The notes beneath the pieces were generated by a model. It was not told the DNA's origin, did not search any database, and saw only the letters and a program-made list of their open reading frames with translations. A program made the translations under genes and the position numbers. Below are positions 56,838 through 56,842 of a stretch of 56,842 nucleotides of DNA, piece by piece. This DNA comes from Stylophora pistillata (lineage: Eukaryota), in the NCBI RefSeq assembly GCF_002571385.2, contig NW_019217802.1:939769-996610 (forward strand), in the 5' to 3' direction. Position 1 is the first letter of the stretch, and each line of letters begins with the position of its first letter.

Positions 56838-56842
56838 TTAAG

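Overview
Eukaryotic animal genomic DNA: AT-rich, with GT-AG spliceosomal introns, two scaffold gaps and a repeat repertoire that looks cnidarian, probably a stony coral (inference). Left to right: (1) the 5' ten coding exons of a canonical poly(A) polymerase gene (- strand), with a ~1.34 kb foldback element in its intron; (2) a frameshifted HAD-phosphatase (NANP-like) pseudogene; (3) two single-exon-CDS coiled-coil/low-complexity genes sharing a C-terminal LE[DE]xFxx[IL]x[TS]CRY[IL]R motif, flanking a disrupted class A GPCR pseudogene; (4) a 25-exon gene (- strand, 20146-39987, ~847 aa, hand-spliced) encoding an N-terminal membrane anchor plus three tandem START-like domains, with an antisense TPMT-like gene in one intron; (5) a head-to-head pair of two-exon Ariadne-type RBR E3 ligase paralogues with an unrecognised conserved N-terminal domain, one carrying a WG/GW 9-aa repeat plus an RG box; (6) a cluster of nested non-autonomous DNA transposons. 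The most interesting candidates are the membrane-anchored triple-START protein and the WG/GW+RG RBR ligase. Exon models were assembled by eye from splice signals and frame continuity; family calls come from recalled motifs and no searches were run.
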